Shown in pieces: positions 24,706-37,295 of a stretch of DNA of 64,000 nt. The stretch lies in the NCBI RefSeq assembly GCF_046119375.1, contig NW_027362762.1:445842001-445906000 (forward strand), read 5' to 3'. The stretch's first letter is position 1. Each line of letters begins with the position of its first letter. The translations under genes were made by a program, and so were the position numbers. The notes below the pieces were generated by a model that did no database searches, was not told where the DNA came from, and was given only the letters and a program-made list of their open reading frames with translations. Source of the DNA: Phyllobates terribilis. Its lineage: Eukaryota.

Positions 24706-25604
24706 TTAATAGACTCACACTACATGACATGCACATACACACACATTTACTGAATAAAAAAGTTTGTGGGATTGCTTCTTTAAAGAGTTTTTCTTACTAA
24801 AGTAAGTGTTTGCACTTATTAATTGATGGAGGTCCAACTACCTGGACCCCAGGCCATTCTTAAAATCAAGTGATGCCGCAGCACCTCCACTGAATTTCTC
24901 TGCAGATAGATGCCTACAACCACCTACTATGCAGGTTACTGCAACACATCCCTTTTCACTTAAATTCGGCTATATTGTACACAAAATATGTGTTCCATCC
25001 CAACGTAATCATTAAAAGGCTTTTCCGGGCCCTCTAAGTTCCTCATCAGAATGTGCATGATACTTGCCAGTAACACACAAGGTAGGCATCCATCAACACA
25101 ACGTCATCCGCACCTCCCGCTTCTCATTGAGGAAGTGAGAGGCACTGGGGAACCCTTTTAAAACCACTGCTAACTGTTACAAAAAGAAAAACATCTTGGG
25201 ATGATGATTTTCTAGACTATGGCCTTCTAACACCCCTCATATCCTGTGCACATGGGAGGAATAATTAACAGTCATGATTATATAGAAATGCAATCATACA
25301 TTCCGGCTACACCATTATCTAAAAAAATCAGCAATGGAATAATGAGAAAATAGATAAAAGACCAGTAAATGTACATTAAATACCTCTTGTTGTTGAGATT
25401 TTGGTGATCTAGTGTCCAAATTTAACATTTAGAAAGCCTCTCTGTTAAAGTTCAACTTCAGTCACCTCTCCTCCCTTTTTTTAACCCTTTTAAATGCAGT
25501 GACCTGTAAAGTCTTACAGTTTCAATGGTGACTGAGCAGAATTGCTTGGAAAATACTGATAAGTTGAGAGACTCTGGTTCATCAATATTAGAGATGTATT
25601 CTAA

Positions 25605-25807
25605 GGCCACGGCCCCATTATCAGTATTTGGTCAGTATTCGGTCAGTATTTTTTCTCAGGAGTGGGAGCCAAAACCAGGTGAGGAACAATCAGAGAAAAG
25701 GTATAATAGAAACAAGTCACCAATTCTGCATTTATCACCCACTCCTGGTTTTGACTCCCACTCCTGAGAAAAAATACTGACCAAATACTGATAGTGGGGC
25801 CGTGGCC
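25605..25807. mobile_element. Harbinger-type MITE (~200 bp)
   Basis: TAA/TTA flanks and TIR GGCCACGGCCCCA. A second copy lies in the opposite orientation at 57560-57773. Confidence 0.8.
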
Positions 25808-26158
25808 TTATACAAACTTCCTTAGGCCTCCTTCACACGTCTGCTTAAAAAAATGTACGCATTAGACGGTCCGTTTTTACTCTTCGTGTGGTTTTCTGTT
25901 GGCTATCCCTATCTACATATGTACCATCTGTGTACAATACGTGTGTACGTGTGCACTATCCGTGTGTCATTCATGTGTACGTATCATTCATGTGCACCAT
26001 CTGTCTGCTGTCCATATGCCGTCTGTGTGACACGTACTGGAATAAAATGCATTCAAGAATTTCTTGGTTTTTATGTATTAAAGATGTGCAAAGAAAATAT
26101 ATAGATTAGTAGATACTTAATAGATGGATAAATAGATAAACAGATAGATAAATAGATA

Positions 26159-27612
26159 CAGTAATGGCCAAAAGTGTTGGTGCCCTCAAAATTGTTCCAG
26201 AAAAGGAAGTATTTCTCCCGGAAAATTATTCCAATTACATATGTTTTGTTATACACAGGTTTGTTTTCTTTGTGTGTATTATAACAACGCACAAAAAAAA
26301 GGCAAATTGGACAAAATTTCACACAAAACCCCAAAAATGGCTCTGACAAAATTGTTGGCACCTTTCCAAAAATGTGGATAAACAACTTTGTTTAAAGCAT
26401 GTGATGCTCGTTCAAACTTACCTGTGGCAAGTAACAGGTGTGGGCAATATGAAAATCACGCCAGAAACCAGGTAAAAAGGGGAAAAGTTGACTCAATCTT
26501 TGCATTGTGTGTCTATGTGTGCCACACTAAGCATGGAGAACAGAAAGAGGAGAAGAGAACTGACTGAGGACTTGAGAACCAAAATAGTTGAAAAATATCA
26601 ACGATATCAAGGTTACAAGTCCATCTCCAGAGATCTTAATGTTCCTTTGTCCATGGTGCGCAACGCAATCAAGAAGTTTACAACCCATGGCACTGTAGCT
26701 AATCTCCCTGGACATGGATGACAGAGAAAAATTGATGAAAGGTTGCAATGCAAGATAGTCTGGATGGTGGATAAGCAGCCCCAATCAAATTCCAAAGAAA
26801 TTCAAACTGCAGGCTCAGGGTGCATCATTGTCAGCGTGAACTACTTGTCAACATTTGAATGAAATGAAATGCTGTGACGGGAGACCCAGGAGGACCCCAC
26901 TACTGACTCAGAGACATAAAAAAGCTAGACTTCAGTTTGCCAAAATGAACGTGAGGAAGCAAAAATCCTTGTGGGAAAGCGTCATGTGGACAAATGAGAC
27001 TAGGATAGAGATTTTTGGTAAAGCACATCATTCTACTGTTTGCCGAAAATGGATTGAGGCCTACAAAGAAAAGAACATAGTACCTACAGTCAAATATGGT
27101 AGACATTCAAAGATGTTTTGGGATTGTTTTGCTGACTCTGCACTGGGTGCCTTGACTGTCTGCAAGGCATCATGAAATCTGAAGATTACCAAAGGATTTT
27201 GGGTGGCAATGTAGTGCCCAGTGTCAGAAAGTTGGGTTTGTGTCCTAGGTAATGGGTCTTCCAGCAGGAAAATGACCCCAAAAATACTTGAAGAAGCATC
27301 CAGAAATGGAAATAAAGCCCTGGAGAGTTCTGAATTGGCCAGCAATTAGTCTGGATCAAAATCCCAGTGAACACCTGTGGAGAGATCTTAAAATTGCTGT
27401 TCAAGAGAAGGCACCCTTCAAATAAGAGAGACCTGGAGCCGTTTGCAAAAAGAAGAGTGGTCCAAAATTCCAGTTGAAAGGTGTAAGAGGCTTGTTGATG
27501 GTTATAGGATCAATTGATTGCAGTTTTTTCATTCCGAAGGGTGTGCAACCAAACATTAAGTTGAAGATGCCAATAATTTTGTCGGACCATTTTAAGGGTT
27601 TTGTGTGAAATT
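26159..27612 (+). mobile_element. Degenerate Tc1 (DD34E-type) transposon, outer right TIR missing
   Basis: TA followed by CAGTAATGGCCAAAAGTGTTGG. Transposase remnant from ATG ~26534 (RRRELTEDLRTKIV, PTVKYG, FQQENDPK) has stops and frameshifts. Confidence 0.85.
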
Positions 27613-28401
27613 AATTCATGAGAACCTGACACATTGAACATGATCTGATCTTTACACAGCAAGGTGTAGAGCAGGAGAAGTTGTATAGATTAATATATTA
27701 GTTTGTAGCAAAAGATTCAGTATAACTTGTATCCATATTCATTGAAATCCCTGCTAATTATAGGCTTACTACTCAAGAGGTGGTCCTAATCAGTGAGTGA
27801 TAGCCATCCATGTATAAATATGCATATTAATATAGCTGTCAATCACTGATTAGCTCCACCCCCTTGACTTCTGATTCCTCAATGATAGATTAGTGAAATT
27901 ACTATCTATGCTGAATGTTTTCCACAATCATACACATTAATCTACTCAACTTCGTCTGCTCTATAACATGGTGCTCATAGATTTCCAAGTTTACAGGTTT
28001 CCTTTAAATAGTAGCATAAGTATTTTTTATAATGTTATATATTTGGTCACAATCTTTTGCGAGTACCCATGTAATTAAGAAGATCATATGCCCGAACAAA
28101 TTCAAGGAGATCACTACAGCTCCTTTTTGCCCAAGTTAATTAACCAACTTGTAAATTCTTTACAACTTGTCTGGGTAGCAACTTATAGCATGTAGGGTGG
28201 AATTGCTAACAAAGGCAAGAGATACTACAGCACACTCATGCCCTTTCTGCATATGAAATACAAGCATACACTCGCTTACACACATATATAAAAATTACAT
28301 AAATATATTTTCTACCAAAATAAGCATTGTGTGAGGAGAGAGGCAACTGTATGCCACTTAGTGTGTACTTTAATCCATGGAAATTTTGGTGATGCACTTA
28401 A

Positions 28402-28702
28402 AGGGAATCTGTCAGCAGGTTTTTTGCTATGTACTCTGAGGACAGCATGAAGTAGGGGTTAAAACATAGAATTCAAGGATGTGTCACATCATATGTCAAG
28501 CTGTGTGCTGTTTACTTACACTGAAGGTTTTATCACCTGGTGATTACAATTGCTGTGACTTGTGCTTGCAAGTCCAACTCCGCCTACTTCTCTGATAAGC
28601 AGCTCACCATCTATAGACAATACACATAGCGAGCCTGGTGTTTGCGGGGTTAGCATCATACTGCTTACAGATGAGGTAGCAAAATCTGATGACAGATTCC
28701 CT
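28402..28702. mobile_element. Kolobok/T2-type MITE
   Basis: Perfect TTAA TSDs and 13-bp TIR AGGGAATCTGTCA. Confidence 0.85.
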
Positions 28703-29089
28703 TTAATCAGATGACCAGAAGATGCTATGATTAAGTAATGTTCTAGTCTGAAACGCGTTTGCGTGCTTAGCTGCGATTGATCTCTTTGCACAAAACGTTT
28801 TGCTTTTACTTTCCCATGGTCAAAGCAATAATAACCATAACTTTTTATTTAATACAAAGTTCGCTATACACGTTTTTTTTTTACATTATGAGCTGGATTA
28901 GGCACCACCTTGTCATAACCTATGTAAACATTACATTTATATGAACTTATGTACTCTCCTCAACATTGAAATTGTAACTCCAAGAAGGAAAAGTTATGAA
29001 GTTATGGAAATCACAGGATCGATAGACATGTTATTGAAATGGAAATGACAAAATAGATAATTTTTAAAGCATTTCAATTTATTCAATAA

Positions 29090-29990
29090 ATGCAAAAATA
29101 CTCATTATTACTAGCCTTGGCATGCTATCAGTGAGGTTATTAATGGATGTCTGAGGAATGTTCTGCCATGCTGAATGCACTTAGCCACAGAAATCATCAA
29201 GATTCGCTGCTCACAGCTTCCTATGCAATTACTGACCAATGATGTCCCAGATGTGCATAATGAGAGACAAGTTCAGAGATGCCTCAGGCCATGGTAGCAC
29301 ATTTATGCCTCACAAGCTGCTCACATTAACACAAGCAACATGCGGCCTGGCTTTGTTGAGTTGAAAAACTGCTCCTTGGACACTTTTGAGAAATGGCCAT
29401 ACCACTGGTTTCACAACCAAATCAGTTTAATTCTGAGCTGTTAGTGTATCTTGATTGAAGATTAGAGGCATACGGCTACCGTGCATTATGCCAGCTAACA
29501 CCATAATCCTGGGAGTAGAATAGCCGTGTGACGTTTCATGGTCAAGGCCTCTTTGTGGTGTTGCCAAGGCGGTCTCCAGACCAATTTCCGGCTATCATTG
29601 CTTCCCAAAATAAAAGCAGGACTCATTGCTCAAGAGAATAGACCTCCATTCCAGATGCCACTGCTATCTTGCTCTGCAGTATGATAGCCTTTTAGAGTGG
29701 TTGCGTGAAGTCAATGGATCACCTGTAGCTGGACGTCTGGCTCGTGGCCCAATGTTGTACAAACGCATTCTGATGGTTTGTGTACACTCTTTGAAACCTT
29801 AGGCTTGGTATATGACGTCCAATTTCACTCGCAGTTCAAAAAGGATCAATCGTGGTATGCAAATTTCCCAAATTTCCTGTCCCAGGAGCCATTTTGGACT
29901 TTTCTTCCATGGAGCACATAAATGAATGAATAGACACCTCACACTCCACCATGCCCCTCATCAAGATTAAAACAAAAAACGCCAGTCTTG
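29090..29990 (-). pseudogene. Highly decayed Tc1/mariner transposase
   Basis: Minus strand gives ..ARPH.., VLPWP.., HIWDIIGQ and AWQNIPQTSINNLTDSMPR remnants with many stops. Confidence 0.6.
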
Positions 29991-30936
29991 ATGAATCGAG
30001 GCTTTAATTTCTAAGCATTGTTTTTTCTTGCCCAACACAATATACATTACAGAATATGCAGCGCTACTAAAATAAAAGACTTCAAGATAAAAAAAAAGGA
30101 AAACATGAACAATGGCTATTTTTCTCTAGTGCCAGATCTTTGCTTTATAATGATTTCATCTTTGTTTTCTTTTGATGAAGGTGTTAAAGGAAACCCAAAT
30201 TATAGGCTATGTTTTATGTCTTGCTGGCATAAACATATCTTTGGTATAGTATAACGGTTTCTGGTACAAGAAGACATGTGGCAAGCTAGGTGTTATAAAT
30301 AGGATCTTCTGAACTTCACTGGTTTTCAACATTCCTAGTGGCTACTTGGGGAGTAAGATACAGTCTTTAATTATGGTCTTTCAGGCTAACCATCTGACGC
30401 CTGTTTCAAAGGACTTGCTGCCTTCTTAATCAGCCTCAATAAAATTTGCTAGCAAAGAATTTTCTGTACCACCAGCAGATTGGATCCTACCTTCTAAGCC
30501 AAGCTTCATCTATCAAATTCATTCTAGAAGAGCAAGTAGGAGAGAAAGAAAGAGGAAGCTCCCAGATAAACATACCGCAGCGCCTAAACTCCTAATCACT
30601 CTAGGCTTCCTCTTCCAGGGCCTATAATTAGAAGTCCTTCTCTTCCTTGTATTCCTGGTTGACGCAAATGCTTTTTGTGGCTTGGCACCTCATTTGGGGC
30701 GTGGGTTTAGTTTACTGCTCAGCCAGAGTTTGGTTTAGTCTTCTGATACAGCATAAATAGCTTTCAAGCCACAGTCTACATCTGTACACTTTTCTTCCTT
30801 TTATGTATATGTGCTCTGAATTTTTTTTCAAGTCCCTTCCTGAAAGCAGCTTATTGTTTGGTATTCAGTACGTGCGAAGGATAGGAAGTTGTAAATTAAA
30901 ATAAAAAATATGTATGCCTCATTCCACTCCTGTATA

Positions 30937-32568
30937 CAGTACAGACCAAAAGTTTGGACACACCTTCTCATTTAAAGATTTTTCTGTATTTTCATAACTA
31001 TGAAAATTGTACATTCACACTGAAGGCATCAAAACTATGAATTAACACATGTGGAATTATATACTTAACAAAAAAGCGTGAAACAACTGAAAATATGTCT
31101 TATATTCTAGGTTCTTCAAAGTAGCCACCTTTTGCTTTGATGACTGCTTTGCACACTCTTGGCATTCTCTTGAAGAGCTTCAAGAGGTAGTCACCGGAAA
31201 TGGTCTTCCCACAATCTTGAAGGAGTTCCCAGAGATGCTTAGCACTTGTTGGCCCTTTTGCGTTCACTCTGCGGTCCAGCTCACCCCAAACCATCTCGAT
31301 TGGGTTCAGGTCTGGTGACTGTGGAGGCCAGGTCATATGACGTAGTACCCCATCACTCTCCTTCTTGGTCAAATAGCCCTTACACAGCCTGGAGGTGTGT
31401 TTGGGGTCATTGTCCTGTTGAAAAATAAATGATGGTCCAACTAAACGCAAACCGGATGGAATAGCATGCCGCTGCAAGATTCTGTGGTAGCCATCCTGGT
31501 TCAGTATGCCTTCAATTTTGAATAAATCCCCAACAGTGTCACCAGCAAAGCACCCCCACACCATCACACCTCCTCCTCCATGCTTCTCGGTGGGAACCAG
31601 GCATGTAGAGTCCATCCGTTCACCTTTTCTGCGTCGCACAAAGACACGGTGGTTGGAACCAAAGATCTCAAATTTGGACTCATCAGACCAAAGCACAGAT
31701 TTCAACTGGTTTAATGTCCATTCCTTGTGTTCTTTAGCCCAAACAAATCTCTTCTGCGTGTTGCCTGTCCTTAGCAGTGGTTTCCTAGCAGCTATTTTGC
31801 CATGAAAGCCTGCTGCACAAAGTCTCCTCTTAACAGTTGTTGAAGAAATGTGTCTGCTGCTAGAACTCTGTGTGGCATTGACCTGACCTCTAATTTGAGC
31901 TGCTGTTAACCTGCAATTTCTGAGGCTGGTGACTCGGATAAACTTATCCTCAGAAGCAGAGGTGACTCTTGGTCTTCCTTTCCTGGAGCGGTCCTTATGT
32001 TAGCCAGTTTCTTTGTAGCGCTTGATGGTTTTTGCAACTACACTTGGGGACACATTCAAAGTTTTCCCAATTTTTCGCACTGACTGACCTTCATTTCTTA
32101 AAGTAATGATGGCCACTCGTTTTTCTTTACTTAGCTGCTTTTTTCTTGCCATAATACAAATTCTAACAGTCTATTCAGTAGGACTATCAGCTGTGTATCC
32201 ACTAGACTTCTGCACAACACAACTGATGGTCCCAACCCCATTTATAAGGCAAGTAATCCCACTTATTAAACCTGACAGGGCACACCTGTGAAGTGAAAAA
32301 AAAATTTCCGGTGACTACCTCTTGAAGCTCATGAAGAGAATGCCAAGAGTGTGCAAAGCAGTCATCAAAGAAAAAGGTGGCTACTTTGAAGAACCTAGAA
32401 TATAAGACATATTTTCAGTTGTTTCTCACTTTTTTGTTAACTATATAATTCCACATGTGTCAATTCATAGTTTTGATGCCTTCTGTGTGAATGTACAATT
32501 TTCATAGTCATGAAAATACAGAAAAATTTTTAAATGAGAAGGTGTGTCCAAACTTTTGGTCTGTACTG
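30937..32568 (-). mobile_element. Full-length Tc1-like DD38E (Intruder-type) transposon
   Basis: TA TSDs and ~265-bp TIRs starting CAGTACAGACCAAAAGTTTGGACACACC. There are 38 residues between D (QDN) and E (PIE). Confidence 0.93.
31100..32152 (-). pseudogene. DD38E transposase, 350 codons with a single premature stop
   Basis: ATG at 32152 (MARKKQLSKEKR), TAA at codon 51 (32002-32000), then open through GRPR, WSDE, QQDNDPKH and SPDLNPIE to the stop at 31100. Confidence 0.88.
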
Positions 32569-32969
32569 TATATAGTTGTAGATGAAAAATAACACATTTC
32601 TATTGGTGGGTTAGTGGTGTAACACGTCAATGGTATTGTTTGCTTTCTAAACTGCAATGATATCAGCAGAGCTGGCAACATTGTGACTGCTCTTAGAGCT
32701 TATGGATGAGACCATAACTAAGATATATATATATATACATTTATAACAAAAACACAACAGCTGAACCGCTACAACAGATATGGGGCACTACTATGCGGGA
32801 TGCACGTGCAAACAATCCTAGTCCCCAAAGTCGGTATATTAAACTTCAAAAAGGGCTCTGAAGGCCGATGCAAATATTCTATTCTAAAGAGCTGGTTTTA
32901 GCATGAAAGATCTATTTTATGTATTATTTTTTATATTTTTAATATTCTCATTTAAATGGACATATATAA

Positions 32970-33544
32970 TGTCACGCAAGGTGTGAGAAAGACTTAGTGC
33001 ACCACAAAGGGAAGAGGGAAATGGAGCCCAGACACTAGGGAAAGGGGGAAGTGGAGACCTCCTAGGCTGATCTAATATCACCCTGCCTACACTAATGTCC
33101 CTATATTGGTTCTTCACTAATCGCCTCACGCGAACCTCGCCCTGTCTTTCCCTGGCGTTAGGCCCTTGCTAGGGAAGGGAGGGGGATGAGCGCTAGTCGA
33201 TACCCTCTGACAACTAAAGACAACAATGGGGTACAAACAAGGGAAGATAGCTTAGCTTTAGTCGACTTCAGAGAGATGAACACCCGTCCTCATAGCTCCA
33301 GAGAGGAAGAAGTAATGCACTTTCTCTGAGTCTTCACAAGGGGTAATGTGAGTATTGCCAGCACCTCCCTCTAGCAGACAGCAGGTATTTTTACACCCAG
33401 GCCAGGGTGTTAATTAGCCAGAGGAAGTTAGCCGCTGGGTCCTAGAGAGACAGCCTCTAAGAAGGTGTCTGTAATGCCAATCGTAGAGTTCTCCTGCAAT
33501 CAACTGCAGGGCGACTGTCTGTCACTTCTGACACACCCTTGACA
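32970..33544. mobile_element. Solo LTR, 575 bp
   Basis: TGTCA...TGACA termini and 5-bp TSD TATAA. Related to 44417-45066 and the copy starting at 63391. Confidence 0.85.
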
Positions 33545-33779
33545 TATAATTATAGGATATTTTTTCATATAAAATGTCTGAGATTAGATCATGAGTTAAG
33601 AGAGAATGTAAAAAAAAAGTGTGTTTAGTTATGTTTTTTTTTTCTTTTTGTTACATATGCTCGATCACATAGTACAATATATGGACATACTGCATAATAT
33701 CAACTTGTAGGAAGTAATGAAAATTACAAAAACCTAATGATTTTGTGCACATTAACTGTATATTAGTATGCAAATTGCC

Positions 33780-34720
33780 CACACCTCCCAAATTTCCTGG
33801 ATCCAGCAGGATAGTCCTGTAAATGGAAAGCTGACCCTCTGTCCCGTAAGGCGGGGGTATGTCCCAACTTCAACTGTATCTGTGTCCTCACAGCACAGAT
33901 ACAGTTGAATATAATGTTGGAACACAGAACCATCATTTTGACCAGGTAGAGGTCACATGAGGTTCTCTGGTGGAATGCTTATGTGAGGTTCACTATGAGA
34001 ATTTCATACTGTGTGCCTGGAATGCTGTGGGGGCATCATACAGAATTTTTGGGGGAAGGGAAGAGTCCATGCAGGGCAATATGCTGTGCACTGGGAAGAT
34101 TGTGCGGCAATCATACTGTGTAGGGGGGTATTGTGGGGACATAATATTATGTGGGTGGTGACCGTGGGGTGAATCATAATGTGCAAGAGGGACTGTGGGA
34201 ACATTATTCTGTATGTGAGGAGACATCATACTGTGTGTGGGGACTTTGGGGACATTATACTGTGTAGTGGGGAATCATACTGTGGGGAGGGGTATAAAGA
34301 AGAGATATCATACTGTGTAGCAGAGACTTTGGGGTTGTTATACTGTGTGTGGAAGGCTGTAGGGATATCATTTTGTGTGTATGTTATGTGAGGGCTGTGG
34401 AGGCAACACACTGTGTATTTATGGGGCACTCTGTGAGGGCATCATACTACATGGGGGCATCATACTGTGTGTGTGAAAATGTACTCTATTATTCTATGTG
34501 TGGGGCACTGTGGGAGTATTATGCTGTGTGTGGGAGGCAATGTTGGAGTATCATATATTATGGGTGGAAAGTACTACGGGGGCATCATGCTGTGACTAGA
34601 GCATTCTGTGTCAGGGCACTGTAGGAGCAGAATACTGTGTGTGGGCATTGTGGGGACATCATACTGTGAGTTGTGGAATGTACTGGGTCGTCTTCATACA
34701 GTCTGTGGGGGCATTGTAGG
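33780..34720. repeat. Degenerate GT-rich minisatellite (CATCATACTGTG core) behind a perfect 16-bp hairpin, probably a non-autonomous DNA transposon
   Basis: Recurrent CATCATACTGTGTG motif. Hairpin TTCAACTGTATCTGTG / CACAGATACAGTTGAA at 33869-33909. Confidence 0.55.
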
Positions 34721-34724
34721 TATG

Positions 34725-35430
34725 ACATGACACGATACACTTTATTGATCCTGAGGGAAATTACAGTATCACAGCAGCAGAACATAGACATGAATTACAA
34801 CATAACAGTAGAATTTTTCAGGTATAATCTCATACATTCCTATTCATGACCGGTCAGTACGATATACAATTAGAACACCAATAATACACCAGTCACTTGG
34901 AGAATTTCACACTTAGGTAGTTGTTGTTCATTACCATAGCAGTCGGCACAAACGATTTTCGGTATCTTACCTTTTTACATCTTAGTAGGATTAGACGGTT
35001 ACTGAAGGTGCTCCTCTGCCTCATGAACAGCTCATATAATGGGTATGCATTATTGTTCATTATCGCAAAACACCCGCACACTACTTCCCCAGCATATGAT
35101 TGCAAAAAAGATGGCACTTGCCACTACGGACTGGTAGAACATTTTTAAAATTTTTCTACAAAAATTAAACTATCTTAGTTTCTCTAAGAAGTACAATTTT
35201 CTCATCTCCTTCTTGTAAATCTTCTACGTATGGCACCTCCATTACATTTTGCTGTCCAAGTGGACCCCCAAATATTTGTTGTCTACCTGCTCCACTTCCT
35301 GACCAGCAATAGTGACAGATAAACAGTCCATCTTTCTCCTGCTATAGTTCACCACCAGCTCCTTAGTTTTCTTTATGTTTAGTTGTAAATAGTTAGCCTG
35401 GCACCATATGGATACATTATTTAACACTGT
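34725..35430 (-). mobile_element. Rex1/Babar-type LINE, 5'-truncated remnant
   Basis: WCQANYLQLNIKKTKELVV, KYLGVHLDSK and NRLILLRC..RYRKSFVPTA motifs; 3' end AATTTCCCTCAGGATCAATAAAGT. Confidence 0.8.
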
Positions 35431-35584
35431 GTGGGCGATAATTTATTTTCAGGTTATGTTTATTCAGTTTAAAATGACAGTATAATTGATGGTTGACTAC
35501 TACTACTGCGACATGTTCCTTTTTGTTTTTTAATCCCCAAAAGTTGAATATCTTGAAACTGAACTAAGAACTACTAGAAGTTGA

Positions 35585-35767
<183 letters not shown>

Positions 35768-35777
35768 TAGGATGAAA

Positions 35778-36139
35778 AGAGGTTGTCCGGCCTTAGGGTA
35801 CAAATCTGCAGTCCCTTTATGTGACTGCAGACTTGTGAGTCCTCATAAGTCGCCTACTGAGAGGATTTGTCCTTGTCGGGAGTGGCCTTTCATGTGACAT
35901 CAAGTATGGAATTTGCATACTTCCAGCCACATTCTGATTAAATGTCTCCAGCCTTGCTTAATAAATACACTTAGAATTAGCGAGACCATGCACGTCTAGT
36001 CGGCATGTGACCACATGTATGCAAATCACATACTTGTGGTCACATGCTCACCGCTGCCAGCATCAGGGAATCCTCACAACATGTAGTGTTTGTACCCTGC
36101 AGTGATTGCAGACTTGTACCGTAGTACCGCACAACCTCA
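35778..36139. mobile_element. Kolobok/T2-type MITE ~25 bp downstream of the BCAS3 donor
   Basis: AGAGGTTGTC ... ACAACCTCA followed by TTAA; inverted GTACAAATCTGCA / TGCAGACTTGTAC. Confidence 0.6.
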
Positions 36140-36593
36140 TTAATGTAGACTTTTAATTCTCTTGTGCAATAAGGGGTTTTCTCCCTCAATTAATATTTAT
36201 CATCTCTTTAAAAGACAAGCTGGGTAGACTAGACTTTCTTACCACGTGAAGTCTTGCTTGCTTGTTCGTCAGATGAAAGAACCTTTTTTGCAGGCATAAA
36301 ATAATCATCGTTATGAAACAAAAAAGAGTTTCTTCAAATCTCCCTCAAGATAGTTAAATGGCCAAAATTATATAGGCCACATTAAAGGAAATGGTGAAAA
36401 AACAGCAAAAAGGAACCAAATGAATAAAAAAATATTATAGTTTATTACATAACAATTCATGACATAAAATATTGCACAGTAGAGGTAAGGGAAAAAAATG
36501 GCTAAAAATAAATAAATAGGGAATATGGAAACGCTAACCTCAAATGGGGAGGATCACCATCTCTCTAAATAAGTGGCAGAACAACCCCTGTAA

Positions 36594-37295
36594 GGCTGTG
36601 TGCCCACGTAGCGTTTTTCAAGCGTATATGCTGCGGAATTTCCGCAGCGTAAACGCTTGAAAAACGCATGTATATCCGCACCCCATGGTCCCCAATGGCA
36701 TTCCGCAATGTCAATGCCCATGCTGCGGATTTTTCCGCAGTGTATATGCTGCGGTCAAAAATCCGCAGCATGTTCATTAATTTTGCGGAAGCGCAGCGGA
36801 ATCAATGTGCGGATGGTACCCAAGTCTGGATGAGAGGAGACTCTCATCCAGACCTGGGTACCAAAGAACCTGTAAAAAAAAGAATAAAATAAAGTTTATA
36901 CTTATCTTCTGATGTTTTCCCTCCGTCGCGCTGTTGTCTGAAGGACCTGCCACGTCATTGAGTCATGTGACCCACCACATGACTCAATGACGTCACCGCA
37001 GGTCCTGCACACAACAGCGTGAGCCGCTCAAGCCTCCGGACGGGGCAGAGAATGCATCAGAAGGTGAGTATAAAGTTTATTTTTTTATTTTTTACCATTC
37101 TGAACAAGTTGTCAAGCACTTTTCCAAGTGATGCTTGGAGAAGTGCTTGATAACCCGCATGCGGAAATGCATGCAAAGACGCCTCACAAACGCTTCTACC
37201 TGGCGGGAAAACCGCATGTAATATCCGCATGCGATTTTCCCGCCAGGGAGAAGCGTAAAAAATATGCTTCAGGTCCGCAACGTGGGCACATAGCC
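36594..37295. mobile_element. PIF/Harbinger-type MITE, same family as 1586-2517
   Basis: TAA TSD on both sides; TIR GGCTGTGTGCCCACGT / ACGTGGGCACATAGCC. Confidence 0.88.

Noticed and set aside
28715-28775. Third hammerhead candidate (GAAACGCGTT)
   Set aside because: The CUGAUGA core is not intact and stem I is poor; at most a decayed remnant.
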